Assembly (NCBI GenBank): GCA_030704615.1
Contig: CM060733.1
Span: 27,776,001-27,840,000 of the forward strand
Length of the DNA: 64,000 nucleotides
Origin: Takakia lepidozioides
Lineage: Eukaryota; Plantae; Bryophyta
Reading direction: 5' to 3'
Shown here: in pieces, positions 49,601 to 63,441 of the stretch
Layout: every line of letters begins with the position of its first letter
Position numbering within the stretch: the stretch's first letter is position 1
Program-made: the position numbers and the translations under genes
Notes under the pieces: generated by a model
Database searches by the model: none
The model's input: the letters and a program-made list of their open reading frames with translations, nothing else
What the model was told of the DNA's origin: nothing

Positions 49601-52600
49601 TTAAAAAACCATTTTTTTTTACATAACCAAAAGCCTTGGCGCTACCGTGGTATAGTTGTACCATTGTCCGTCTGGCATTTATGAGTATGAAGAGTTCCAA
49701 ACCTAGATGAGTACCTACCACGCTGGCATAATCGGAATAGTACCCCAAGTTATTACTAGGTTAAGAACTTGGCTATACTATGTTGGTAACTGTTGATTTT
49801 GCCTAGGTGTTGAGATTTTGACCCAGTGTATTTTGGACCCACTGGTATCAACAGATTTTTTTCTTTGATATAATTATAACCTGCTGGTTTCGAAAATATA
49901 GATACTTTGCCGCCAATTCTAGCCATCATCAGGTATATTGAAAATGTAATACCTCATATACGGTTAAAGTGAATAAATACATCCAACATTTAAGCTTCCT
50001 ACAAACCAAATTAAATTTTCCTCGCTTTATCTCTTAATATGAATTAAATAGCCTTCCTCCCCTTTTTATTAAAAGAAAATTAAAAAATAGAATCATGAAT
50101 AAACACTATGAACATATCATCCTGAAGAATGCAATTTGACCATATAAATATTGCTTGAATGTCTGAAGCTTTCAATGACGTCAAAATTATCGTTGAGATA
50201 AGAAATCTGTAATTGCATCTTCAGAGGTAAGAAATAAACAGACATGAAGTACAAATCAACTAGCTTCATAAGATGCCATTGTGCACACCAACGGTCACTT
50301 TATTCAGCTAAAGTCAATGCACCTATCATACCTAGTGAAAGATTCAGCGATGCTAGACTGTTGCTTGTACACCTCACCAATTGGCAACTGCCCAACTTCT
50401 GTTTTGCCTCCTGGCTATCTGGTGGCCAAAGCAGCATACCACCATACATTGATAAAGCCCCTGTATGATATTTTCAAATAATTTTGTATATTTGTATATA
50501 TTTTATAAAGTTTTTATTCCCTTCCCTTCCCTTCCCTCTCCACCTTTTGTCTGTTCCAATCATTTTATGATGTATATTTCGGAAACTTTTTGCTATATTC
50601 TTTCTTCATTAATAAAAACTTAGTGAATTTATCCCTCACCCCTTCTAATAGCAATTATATCGGCTCTGCTATACGCTATGTTAAAATCATAAATCTTATA
50701 ACTCTTATGTTCTATCTCTCTCCTCCATTCAGCACTCAGTTACCATTCGTCACTGGAAGTGCGGAGCATCGCGAAGCCCTAATAAATATTCTTCATCACA
50801 ACTTATAAGCATGTTATTTTCTGATGGCAATTTTATTTTAAAGTCACATATTCCTACTCATGCGCACAACGGTTAATATGGATGTGCAATCACAAATCAT
50901 TTTGGTCAAGTTGTAGAGAATATGGTATTTTAAGGCTCTGAAAAAAAACTATTCTTAGCATCTGATTTATTCTCTGTGCTGTTATATATGCGGTTTTATG
51001 CAATGCATCAACAATAGGGAGTGTACGATGTTGGTTGTCATGTTCATCACGGGGTGAAATCAAACGGTATTGGAAATGCATGGTACTATCATGTTCAGTA
51101 TGAAGATTTTGGTATCACAAACGTCGATTGATTTCCTTTGCAGGGGATTTATGTCACTTGTGATGCGTCCTACCATTTGATAACAACTTGATTTGGCCAC
51201 ATGTTTAAAACACAAACATTGGTCGCAACAATCTAATACCATGACCCCAACGTACGATCCAAATAGAGATTAATAAGATAGTACGCTTGATAACATCAAA
51301 TGTACCGTCCTCTCACAATTTTGACGAAAAGACATAACGTAAAATTTTGGTGGGTTTTGTGCTGATCAAGATCAATAATATAATATATTGACACAAAAAT
51401 TAAAAAATCAATTGTAATCAAATTACTTGGATGGACTTCAGTATGATGTTGTTGTTTTTAATCACAATCATGCATACCGGTATATGCATAAATTATAAAT
51501 AGATTAGTTTGTGTTCAATTCAATCAATGTACAATGAAACATTCAATTAAACATTACAATTTGATATTTTATTTTTGGATACTTTTTAAATATCATATTA
51601 TTTATATCATGATAACTAGATCAAAGATTCATGGTTATGTGTACACTACCTATTGGAAACATTTTGCCATGGAGGGATCAGTAGATAAAAATATCATTTG
51701 TTATTCTACTAGTGATGAGAAACCATAATGACCTCGAGTTTTTCAAACTGTGTATCTAATGTAACCCTCCTCTTTCCCACCTACATTTTGATCCAATCTC
51801 AGTCACCAATTTAGTCACATGAGAATCCATGGGCAAGGGTTACTCCTTATTACAACATTGAAGCTTGCTCTCCTTCCACCAAGATTATCAGAGGTTGGTC
51901 CTTTCAATATTGTCCAAAGTGTGACAATGTTGATTGTTGGCTCCATTAATCGGCAAGAGACCTGGTGTTCAAATCTTAATACCTCATTATTTTTTGATCG
52001 TAAAGTGGTTTGGATGATAAAGTTCGTAAATTTGAAAAATTAATGTGGTCGTGGAGGAGGACAAAATGGTGACTGCGGAGGGAGATGAAAAAAAAAGTTG
52101 TGGTAGAAGTTTAGAAAATAGAATGAGAATGTTATTTATTCACATTTTAGGGATGAAAGGATACATGACGGTCAACAATGCAGGCTGCACAACTAGAGAA
52201 AAAGACACGTGGAGAGGCTCATGACCAAGAGGAGTTGGGCTGCCTTGAAGCCGCTGCCGAGAATGGGATGGAGAACTTAGAAGAGAAGTGACTGGCATGG
52301 GACCTCGAACCTTACCTGAGAGGCGCAGTGGGGGAGGGCTCAACAGATACTATAGGATTTCTTCGGTCGGTGGGGCGCCAATGAAAGAACCTGGAATCAG
52401 CGGTGGAGAAGACCGTTGTGAAGATGACAACTCTTCTTGAACTTGGTGCCTGGAGCTTGGACTCTGGTGCGCATCAGGAACGTGTGAGCTAGGGGTAAGG
52501 GTACGTTGGCGTTGGGGTCTTCCAAGAGGAGCACGTCTTCCAACAGGAGCAGTTGCGGTTGTGTTCAACACCTCTCGGTGCTATGGGGAGTGAACTGTCA

Positions 52601-52701
52601 GGGATGGTGGAATAGGGAGTAAAGGGGTTGTGGTGAGGGCTGGAGCTGGCTGCCGGCGTCGGGGCTGAACGAGGTGGGGACGAGCCGATCGAGGCCACCT
52701 G

Positions 52702-53444
52702 ACTCTTTAAAAATATTTAAGTACACCGACGCACCATACAAAGCGACTCATCATGTATCATCAACATTTTCCCTATTGATGTTCACAATTTTTATGTACC
52801 TAACATCTTGTTTGGAAGGAAATATGGGATAAGGCAAAATCAGCCAAGATATCGGTCTTTCTTTGGAAAGTGTCTATTTGGCCTAGAATGTGATAGGTTG
52901 TACCAATATGATGGTGCATTTGCTCAACTTGGGTGCATGGGCCGGATGGAACAGAACAACAACAACGGCTAATATATCCCTAACGTCGTGGCATCTCTGG
53001 AAAATCAAACGCGCCCAAGTGTTTGATAAAATACTCCCTTCAATCAATCCTAGAATGACGGCCCAGCACCCTACATAGGCACTACAATTATTTCCTTAAA
53101 CATGACAAATTCTTCCACTATAATTAACAACAGTACCTCCCTAGGTGACCAAGAAAAAGGATGTCAATTGGTGCCATAAGAAAGATCATAATCAAAAAAT
53201 CATGCGCATTTAAATTTAAAGGAAAATCCCTCCATTTTAGTAAAATGAACTGGGAGACAAATTGAAACCTTCATAGCCATAAGAATTGTCAACAACCAAA
53301 AAGGCAAAGCCATCTCAAGAAACCCACCATCTATATAACAACCGGACACTAACAAAACCTGAGTATGAAAGACCCAAAACTAACAAACAAATGAAAGTCG
53401 ATCCAAAAAAAAAAAAACCATGGAGGGAAGGGACTCGGAAGGAT
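52702..53444 (+). repeat. Direct repeat, copy 2
   Basis: Near-identical to 44912-45637 with an extra ~21 bp near 52887. Confidence 0.95.
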
Positions 53445-54537
53445 TGAGGCGGGCTCCAACTTACAAGATGCACCTACCCATTCACAAGTTGGGCAGCTTT
53501 TGTTTACTCAAACAGCTATGAAACAAAATTTACTAGCACTAGAATATCCAATTGCTTCTGCAACACCCAAGCTCAGTACATCAAACCACTGTGAAATGCA
53601 ACAAAGACACGAACCGACTGCAAGCCAAGACAAATCATCCCTCTTGTCCACAATGGGACCGGACCACATCGCTCCATCTGGCCTGTCATAGAAAAATGAG
53701 AAGATGGACAACCCAAGGGAAGGCAGACCCGGGCCCATATTCTGCTAGAGTGGACCCAGCTTCAAACTCAGCTCAATACTATACTAATCTGAATTTCAAG
53801 CCACAACAAAGCATCCTTCCACCATTGTGCAGTAATCTAAAAAACAGACGAGATCAAAACAAGTTGAATCTTTTGACATTCTCTTGCAACCTGCTGCCCT
53901 GGAAAAGACACGAGACATTAAGACCCCTTAAATCTATAAGCCATCATCCACACGAGCTTAAAAGTGATACGCACCAAGCACCCAACATACTTGAAACAGA
54001 GTATAGATGACAAGTACATGCATGTTACCAAGAGTTTCTATAATAACATCTACAGAAAACACGAAGAGCTTATGGGACAATAGGAAAACAAGAAACAAGA
54101 AAAAATAAAACACAAGAGTGAGGTTTGGAACACAGCTAAAGACAGCCCCGGGGACCAAGGTGTTTAGCCACAAGGCCGTGGTGTGCTGGAGCAGAGGAGC
54201 AAGTTTGTGCAATCAGACATGATTGCAGCCGGACACGCTCTGCACAAGGCAATCACGAGCGGGGGTTCATTAGCGATGACAAGTTTGTTCTGCTTGAAGG
54301 AGATGCAGTCATTCGCAATGAGGACACCCGCAACCCTCTCAAAGCTTTCGAGTTGAGAGACTCTCAGACCCTACCTTTATTTTCTTTAGTATTCAGTGAG
54401 CGAGAGATAGGGGAGTATTGCTTTGTGTCTACCTGACAGAGAGAGGAGGAGGGTTGGTTAGAGCGAGCTACTGTAGCTTGGGATAAGGTTAGTGGCAGGT
54501 TTCTGGACATAGATATACCTCCTACACCTTATCATCA

Positions 54538-55390
54538 TGTCGCGCACCTCACTTCGGTAAGCTCCCCCTCAAGTCATAGTTACTCGCTTTTCTGCGCGCG
54601 CCTAACTCCCAACCTGGCCGCCGGACCAACTTGGAGCTTCGGCTGCTCACCGGGGCATAACGGTCCCCCTTCGTTCTCCCAATGAACCCTCCACCGATTT
54701 GGAACCAGCGGGAATTCCCTTTGGTAGTTGGCAGTCCGAAACAGCTCCCCACTCTTTGGTCGCTTTCCGGTTCGCTCGCTTACTCACTAGTTTTTGGTCA
54801 CCAACGGGCTTGCACCGTTCTCGGGGTTACTACTCCATATATATACTTATGTAGCTGTCCGCGGGGGTTTCACAACCAGCCATGTCATTTTATGGCGAAC
54901 CACCACGAAAACCCTCGACTCCCGGTGATGAGTCGCGGTGAGTCTTGGCCCACTCACCACGGCCCTTATGGACCGTGATGAGTCCCAAGACTCCCCACGA
55001 CTCCCACCACGAGGTCTCCGCCCCCATGGTGAGTCCTATGCCACCCCCACTAAGTCCCTCTAAGCTACCACCACCCCTTGTGGAGCCACCCCCACCGCAA
55101 CCCGGTGTGCGGGGCTCCACCTAGTGAGCGCCTCCGCCTCCTTGAGTGCCTTGGGCACTCAAGGGTGCTTCAGCCCCCGAGTACCTATCGCTGCCACTGC
55201 CCCCACCACAGGGGCAGCCCCTCATGTGTCCCGACCCCCTGCCCTCAAGGCAAAGGGCCGCGACACCTTGAGTGCCTTGGGCACTCAAGGGTGCTTCAGC
55301 CCCCCGTACCTATCGCTGCCACTGCCCCCACCACAGGGGCAGCCCCTCATGTGTCCCGACCCCCTGCCCTCAAGGCAAAGGGCCGCGACA
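54538..55390. mobile_element. Solo LTR with a tandemly duplicated terminal ~125 bp
   Basis: TGTCGCG...CGCGACA termini; 4-bp flanking repeat ATCA (54534-54537 and 55391-55394); TATA-like tatatata at ~54838; duplicated units 55140-55266 and 55267-55390. Confidence 0.8.
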
Positions 55391-55909
55391 ATCATGCAGA
55401 GCGAGGCACTTTGAGAGAAGTCTGGCAGTTGATAGCATAGATCAGGATTAGATTTTGCTTGGTCGGGCCTCTATTCTTCCCCTCCCTCTCTTTACTATTG
55501 TCATTACTTTGTACTTGTAGTTGCCAAAGCCTCTTTTGGTAGAGGCCAGTCAAGTCCGGGATTTTTGGGCTGGGATGTTCTGTAGGATCAGCACTGCAGA
55601 TGGATTTTGGTGTGGGGGTGTTGATATTTTGATTTCTTGTGTTTGGATCCCCCCAACACCTGCATGCTTGACTGTGCGCCATGTTGGTTTTGTGTGGGCG
55701 TTTGCATTCATAGGGATTAGGCCGGATTTGATCACCGGTTAATCCTAGAGTATGCTGTCGGTGGTGAGGCTGGAGTGTTGACCAGCAAGACCACCAGTGT
55801 TTCTTCTATGGTGAGACTGGGTTGATGACCAGCCAACCATAGGAGTTCTTGCGGTGGATGCAGGTGCAAGTGCCCTGAGCCACTGGGATATGACCCTTAA
55901 ACTGCAACA

Positions 55910-56530
55910 GGTGCCCACCCGTGTCACTATTAGAATTAGTACTAGAGCCTTATAGTGTCACGTAGGGGAGGTGCACGTTGTGAGTGTCATCATGGAGTTA
56001 CCCAAGGGTTTTGAGGGGAGTACGGCTACAGACAGTAGCAGTGAGATTGGGTTCACAAGACGAGGTATTCGGTTCATACCTTCACCTCCACCCTCGACTA
56101 ATGTAGAGCCTGACACAGACCCGGAGGCTTTATCAACAGGTGTGCAGTTTTCTTCGTCATTGTTGTGGGACGACATGGAGGAGATGTATGGAGCTACCAA
56201 GGGGCCTCGTAGGTACTCTGGAGCTGTGGGCACAATCGAGCTAGATGACTTTATCGAAGAGTTCGACAGATGATGTGATTTGCAGCAGATGCGCAATCCA
56301 CAGTTGTTCACCCCATTCATGGCGTGGAAGGGATTGTTCCAGCATTTGGAAGGCCCGCCTATGGATGATTACCACGAGTTCAAGCGAGGACATGAAGCAG
56401 AGATTGAGGAGTGGAGGATGTATTGGTCACCTGACTACGTCTCTATTACTCGAGGAACAACGCGACTAGTAGCGGCATTAACACCAATACCTCCCACGGC
56501 CAGCACTAGTAGTGGAACAAGTACTGCCGG
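55910..56530 (+). pseudogene. Truncated Ty3/Gypsy-like element: PBS-like site plus gag with a premature stop
   Basis: ..AACA then GGTGCCCACCCGTG (resembles a tRNA-Lys-type PBS). Gag-like RYSG..ELDDFIEEFDR*CDLQQ..AWKGLFQHLEGPPMDDY, with TGA at 56271. Confidence 0.65.
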
Positions 56531-58557
56531 TACTTCTGTAGAAGATTGTGACAGACTACTTTATTGTGCATATATATGTGGTGTAGTTTGGACAACGATG
56601 TAGTTGTATAGCGATACGTATGCGCACGACATATTAATATCAGAGACAACTCGCTGTTGCAGGTTCTTTATCTGCTGTTGTCTTATGTATTATGTGTATA
56701 GACGAGTGTTGTGCGGGTATCAATACTTTAATATACTAGACATGGTAGGATTTGGAGGAGTGCTTTGTTTTTTAACTCTGGTATAAGTATTGCAGAATGA
56801 CCAATTTGCAAATAATATATTGGTATATGTATTTCCCTTAGATATGCACAATATATGGTATCAATAATATGGTTTTTATTTTTAAAAAAAATCAGTTGAA
56901 TATCAATATGGATATCAATATTACTTATTTTTTGAGCTATTCAAATGGCTTATTCCAGTATTGAAATGGCCAATTGAATAGCCTAAATTGGCCATTCTAA
57001 TATTGAAATGCCACGGGGCAAACGGAAGAGCGAAGCAGGGCCCTAAGCACAAAGAATCGCAGCTGCCAAATAAAACTCCCGCGACAAAAGAGATATCCTA
57101 AGGAGCTATCACCCCATTATGTGCCTTTAATGTTTGCGATATCATACTGGGGATGACAACCAAATCTCCAGCGATCCGTGCCTGTAGTATGAATATTAAG
57201 CTCTCATAGCTGCACAATAATGGTAATGGCCTGATATTGACTAGGTAGTCGGGGAGGCGAGACTGGCTACGGGAGTACCCCGTAGTCAGCCTCGCCTCCA
57301 TGTCTACCGGACATAACTGAGGTTTCTGGACGTATTGGGCTACAGTGGTGGGCTACGGCGGGTGACATGTCTGTCCAGGACAAATTAAATGTTGCCACGT
57401 ACGTAAAATGTCTCCATACCTCGGTTATGAAATGAGAGCTCCAAACCGTAATCCATGATATGCCCTGGGTATTCGACCTACCACCTACCAGTCGGGTAGG
57501 TTCTCGAAGAACCTGCTGATCCTTACTATTGATAGCTGGGAAGACCCACAAATACGAGTCAACATTGGTATAGACTTGACACACATCCTTATATACATTT
57601 TTTGGAGGTCTCCTCATTCTTTCCCATAATATCGAAGCTAGCTAATCTAGACAATTTTTTATTTATTTAAAAGCTTCTCATGGCTTTACGCTTATTGGCC
57701 ACTTCTTGTTCCCAGGGGCTTTCATTCATATGGACATATTGTGATTCTATTAATTAATTGATTCATGTTTGCTGTTTTTTTTTGGGGGCATGCCTTTGCA
57801 GAGCCCACTATTTACTAATTTAGTAGATAATAAGTTAGTAGGGCGGTGGGACCCTTTTAGAAGGGCCTGGACACATGTCAAGACTTCCAATTCTAAATTT
57901 GGCGAGTTCCTCCATTTCTGTTTTTGGACCCCCTCATCTCACTCCTCAATACACCTGGCCTTCCTACATAAGCGCCCCACTCTAATTCCTGGGCCACAGT
58001 AATTCCTGGACCACTCTAAAATCAGGCCCGAATGAAACTGCTCTACATATTCATAGGATGCCCAAATTTCATCTAGGTGTTGCACTTGAGCTAGTCCATA
58101 ACTAATCTATCTCTTGATGTGAGACAAAACTTTAGCTTAGCTTGTAGGCATGCCAATAGCAATTGCTGTCTTGATCCGAACAATAACATATCGTTCATCA
58201 ACGAGGAGTAAAGCAGCGCGAGGAAGCGTTACTGCACCACACAAGGACTGGCCCCATTACATGTTTATGGTGTCTAGCCTAGTGCAAGAGACTTGATTAG
58301 CACATATGTCTAGATCCGATGGCCTTCGAGGCGTCCATGGCGGCCAGTGTTGCTCCAAAAGGTCGAACATTCCCGTAGTAAGCGTCGGCTGCGGCCTGCA
58401 GCAATGGTTGAATCAATTGTCAGAAACGCATTTCTGGAAGCTTGAATGTGACAATGACAGTGACGGTGATAGTGATTGTGACAGTGACAGTGATAGGTAT
58501 TATGCTCTACAACACTACTATGTACTATTTGCACGAAAAAGGAAGAGGGGCTTGCCT

Positions 58558-61500
58558 TAATTGTTCCGTTGTTTCAGCTCTTCCATGACTCAGACAAGGC
58601 TAGTGTAGAGCTGGAAAGTTTCAAAATGGAAGAGGAAATCACCTGTCCTTGAATTGATGGCACACCACCGCTGCCTAAGGAGAAAAACCCTTTTGTGCCT
58701 CTGTAAGCCTGCAAACCACTCTCATATTATTCTGTGATATCAGAGTGAAACCAGTTACAGAATGTGAACAAAGGGCTCAATTCCCATTGGGAGACATACT
58801 GTTGTTTTTTGGCGCTGTTTACCTCGTGGTATTCTTCAGTTTGTTGGGTTTTCTCTGAAAGCTAATCTAAAGTGCAGATGTTCAATCATCTGAGGCAGTG
58901 AACATTACATCTCGGGACTGAGAGATTGATAAATGAAGAAAGGACAGATTGGTGAAGGTGTGTGAGATGGGAAGGGGGACACTTACATATTGGACTTCAT
59001 TCCGCATGTCGTCCTCTGTAACTCTTTCGGGCTTGGTATAAACTTCTTTGGGAACTGGAGGGAAGGGGTGATCGTGTTCCACATTCTCCGGGCTCATCAT
59101 CTGCTTCAATCAGAGCAAAGATGTTATAGGCTTACGTACCCATTTTGGCCTATAGTCCTTTGTTTGGTATTCAAACTTTGTTTGCCCCTCTCTCATGCCT
59201 ATTAAATGCATTCAGTATATCACGACAGCAAGAGCTTTCTTTCTACTGCCCTGGGTATCCCGACCCTCACCAGCAAGTGATCACATTACACAACTAGCTC
59301 GTTGCAAAAGCATCTCCCTAGCTCTTTGGGGTAGATAGTGTTCTGGAATTTAAAAGAATGACATAGTAATCTCTTTCAACTCTCGGAATTCACTGGCAAA
59401 GACCTTGAATACATGTACGCAGCTGAAACACAGAACAGAACGAGCGTTTTCATTTCCTAGAAACGGGTCATAAGGGGCTTCTTAGGCCAACCGTTTTGGG
59501 GTACTTGTCAGGGTTTTCCTTATCCGATACAGGCTTCACATGCCCGGGGTGACCACATTCCAAACGATGCTGCTCCTGAAACTCCTTCTCTAGTCTTTTC
59601 CAACGTTCTTCTTCCTCTTTTCTTTCTTGTTCTTCCTTCTTCCTTCTCTGCGTATCATAGATGAGAATACAAGATCAATTGCAGAGATGTGATGGTACGT
59701 GATTATGAGTCCTTATTTGCAGCGTCATTATGGCCGTAGAGCCCGCCTGTGTTAAGCGCCTGAAGTCTGGAGGGAGTGCTATGAAATGACTAATCTCACG
59801 TTACTTTCAAACAAAAGGATAAGCTGACCTTCGCATACTCCTCAGCAGCGACGACTTCTTTCTCGGCTCCTTCATGTATCTTTGGTGGGGAGGGAGAGAG
59901 GCCAAGGAAGAAACAGTCAGTCAACAAGAAGCTTCACAACGGACAAAAGTAAGCAACAGATATGCATTATCGTGGGACTTATCACTCCACACCTTTGGTA
60001 CATAATAGGAACTCCAGACAACTACGCCGATGTAGCTGCAGCTGGACCATGCTAGCTTTGTGAGCCAACAAATGGGTGCCAAAGTTTCCTAAAAGACTTG
60101 GAAAATTTTGCAAGAAACTGGAATACAATGACACAATTCTGCATGATTAGCTGCTTCAACAGATATCGAGCTGACATTTCCTTCTAGTAGCACGAGGGAG
60201 CTTCAAGTACCTCGTAAGTGCTCTGAACAGACTAATTATAGTAGCGTTGTTGTTAGGATAGATTGTGTCAAAAGGTCAGTGGAGCTGAAGGGCGATAGCA
60301 CATTGCAGCTTAGTTGCATTTCGTGTGTGAATTGCTCGTGAATTGGGGATTCGGTGTCAAAGTATGGGGTGAGGCAAGGGCACCTTGTTTCTCAAGAAGC
60401 TCATGTCAGAGTAGCTGGTGTCGTAGGTCACCCTTGTTGGGAAGCCCTTCCGGTACTTAATGTAAGGATCATTTGTGTCAATTGGCAATACCTCCATATC
60501 CCACCTTTCTGGAATTTTGATTCTCGAGTACTCTACACTGCGGATTGCAGTCATTGATTCAGCCTTCAGGAGTTACATATTCTGATAGAAGTACAGGTCT
60601 ACACATGCCAGCATTCAACCAAAACGAAAACTCTTTTCTAAGGGAGACTGCTAGACAAACTACCCCCAGTGCTGTGGACGCCAGACCTGTACAAGACGAA
60701 AGAAACATACTTGTAAAGTGTAGTGTCCGTTTTGAATGGGAAAACATTTCGCGGTGCTTTGTTTGGATGTCGAAACCACCCACCGCCTTCCTTCGGCCCT
60801 GAGTAGTCTTTGGGGTCTGGTGTAGTGTACTGGATTGGCAACAAGAGGGACACTTTAGAACATCAACTAACCCCCACGAGCATATTACAGATCAATATAG
60901 AGAGTAACCTTGCCTTGTAGCCATGGACAGAGTGGACTAAATTGAGGTTTCTCTCAACAATCTACATACGAGAAAAAGAGGGGACAGAGTGCAGGATGAG
61001 AACACGCAGTCGGGGGATGAGGGGCTGGCAGTGTTGCATTGCCTTGTCTGATCTGCACGCACTATAGCCTACCCAATAAGTCCAACACTGTAGTGAGGTC
61101 ACTTCAAGTATGCAATGGTTTAATCTTCAGTGCTGCTGTCAAGATTGACTTACAGGTCTCGCATATGTACACGACATCCAAATTATGCTCACGTTCTTAA
61201 AATAAGTCAGTTCGATTTCTTCCTGAATGAAGAAACGAGATAAGCAGATGCAAATTTGGGTTCCATTTTTCTTGTGAAGCTACTTGTGGGAGTAATGCGG
61301 GCTTTTGCACGGGGACAAGGTGTTGATTGTGGAAAGCTATGTTAGTTGTATAGCAAGACAGCCTGCGTAACATCCAGTGACCCTGAGGGTAAAGCATTCG
61401 GGTGGAGCAAAGCACTACACTCAGCTACTTCCGAGCTGAATCTAGTTGGGCAAGCTCATAGCATAAAACGCTTCTCAGAAGCGCGAGAACTGACAAAGCG

Positions 61501-61688
61501 AATGAAAATGGACTGAGGATTCCGACGATTCGACCCCGAACTTCTCCACATCCTGAATTTTGAGACATGTGATGCCAGTATATCTCTTGGAACTTGTTGT
61601 GTACCTCACTATCATACAAAGTCTCCCATCGAGGGGGTCCGGTGCGCTTGGTCGCGGCTGGAATAGGCTTGGATATTTTCAATGACAT
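58558..61688 (-). CDS. Uncharacterised multi-exon gene (at least 10 small exons; charged coiled-coil segment)
   Basis: Chain of short splice-bounded exons that join in frame, e.g. MSLKISKP..YDSE | IVERNLN..GYK | YTTPDPKD..TLY | VEYSRIKIPERW..RNK | ..RRKKEEQERKEEEERWKRLEKEF.. | MMSPENVEHDHPFPP. The 3' end is approximate. Confidence 0.6.
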
Positions 61689-62199
61689 TGTGTGCAGGCC
61701 CTACACGATGTCTCCTGAACCCTGATCTGTTCCATTGCCACGGCACAATCGCAACTTCAAAACTTACTGTTTCTGTTTCCGTCATCTCAACTCTTTACAT
61801 ACAGCGATAAGTTTCTTATGTTTCCTTCTTATATACTCTTTTTCGATACCCTGCAATGCCCATCCCCAGGCATCATTCAACTTTCAAGAATCTTACTAGA
61901 GAAGTGCTCACTATTGTGTAGTTTAAACTTGTTCTAGCACGCTGTACTGGAAAACTTGAAAAAAGGAGGTGATTCTCTCATTTCCCTCCCAACAAGTGCC
62001 CCAAATTTGGCACAGTTTGGTGAGGAAGATTAACAAAACAACACAGCGCTGCAGGCTCACCTAAAACATCGAGCAATTCAGCACTTCCAAGCGAGCAATT
62101 CAGCACAACGAGGAGGTCTTCTCTGCAATGAAAGGAAAACAGATTTCAAAGTGGGTTGGAGATTTCCATGAACAGATACGTGCCTCTCACTTTCTAGGC

Positions 62200-62312
62200 C
62201 GGAGAGTAGGTTAAGAATAGCTGGAGAGTGGTTTAGTAAAGTACTTCGTAAGCAATCTGTTATGCCAAGCAGAGAGATTCTCCTGGTGCGCGAGCAGAAA
62301 ATGTTGGACGTA
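62200..62312 (-). pseudogene. Diverged fragment duplicated from the PyrD locus (63848-63982)
   Basis: Shared blocks agagtaggtta, ggagagtg.tttagta, cgtaagcaatctgt, attctc..ggtgcgcg and ttggacg in the same order. Confidence 0.6.
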
Positions 62313-63441
62313 CATTAGACGTTCGTCGACGAGTTATGTTCAAGCCCACGAATGTCCTGCGTCTCTGAAACCCCGACGACAGAGAGGCATGCATGGCAGC
62401 CCTGGGTAACGTAACTCCGACCTAGGGATTTCTGTGTGCCCTCTCTAATCCTGTAATGAAAGATTCAACAGGGGATTTTACAAACTGTGTTACATTCAGA
62501 TTTGTTTCGAACAGCAGTTTCAAGCCAATTGTTGACGATTGAAGAGCAATAGAGGAGGACGAGGTTTATGGACAGGGTGATTAGAAAGGAGGCTACCTGG
62601 AGGTGGAGAAATATGAGTAGTTACGTCCAGCAGTGATCAAAATTCAGCAAGAGAGTTGCTGGAATAGGCAAGGATTTGGAAAGCCAATATATGGAGGGGA
62701 GGACGTTTGGAAGGAGTATTTTTGGAACCTCAGTCCACGGTGCAACAAGCGAGGCACTAAGTTGGGTGTCTGTGTTCTCACTGCACAATCCCACAACCCC
62801 ATACACAGTTGTTGCACCTTTCGCAAGCTACAAGGCTAGAGGCTGTGCTAGAGGTGGATTAATCTCTCCCTCTTTCCTTCAGACATGTTTTTGTAGTCCT
62901 GTCACCATGTTCTAGAGCCTGGAAGGTAGTTGCCAGTAAAGTTCGGGTTGTCATTACCTGTGATTTTCTGTTCTGGAGGGTGGGATAGCTCAATGAGACA
63001 GGGAGTTAATGTGGGGGCAGATCCATCCTAGAGGACAAGGTTTCAAAGCACAAGCATACTAACCACTCTGGCACTGATATAGGACCTGGACATCAATCAT
63101 AGGGTACTCTAGCGCCAATAGGGTCTATCGGCTAGGAGGGTCTATCAGCTAGGATATAGGGGTTTTATCAGAATCCATGATTTCAACTACTGTCTACATG
63201 GAATTGAAGTTTGCAGTCCACCTTGCATGCCTGGTAAAGCCCAGTCCCTGTTTCACTGGCAAGCCAATAAGGAAGACCAATTTTTTTCGAGCAATAAAAA
63301 GGATCTTGGAGGTTCACAAGTTCCTACTCGGCACCATGATTTTTTCAGACTTCATGACAAAGAAGATGTATGAAACGTGGCTTGTTTTCCTTTCAATCTA
63401 GTGAAATTGAGTCAGACTGACAAATGTTGTCATTGTAAGAT

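Noticed and set aside
52318-52698. Pro/Ser-rich exon on the minus strand
   Set aside because: In-frame stops and no partner exons identified.
44912-53444. Intact LTR retrotransposon
   Set aside because: The repeats lack TG..CA, PBS, PPT and TSD, and there is no gag/pol between them.
53450-54530. miRNA or small-peptide locus
   Set aside because: No conserved miRNA sequence or clear hairpin seen; more likely retroelement LTR sequence.
57098-57617. 116-aa ORF on the minus strand
   Set aside because: No recognisable motif, interrupted continuation and no splice support.
58448-58495. GACAGT-type hexamer repeat giving a DSD-rich ORF
   Set aside because: Ordinary short microsatellite near a gene 3' end.
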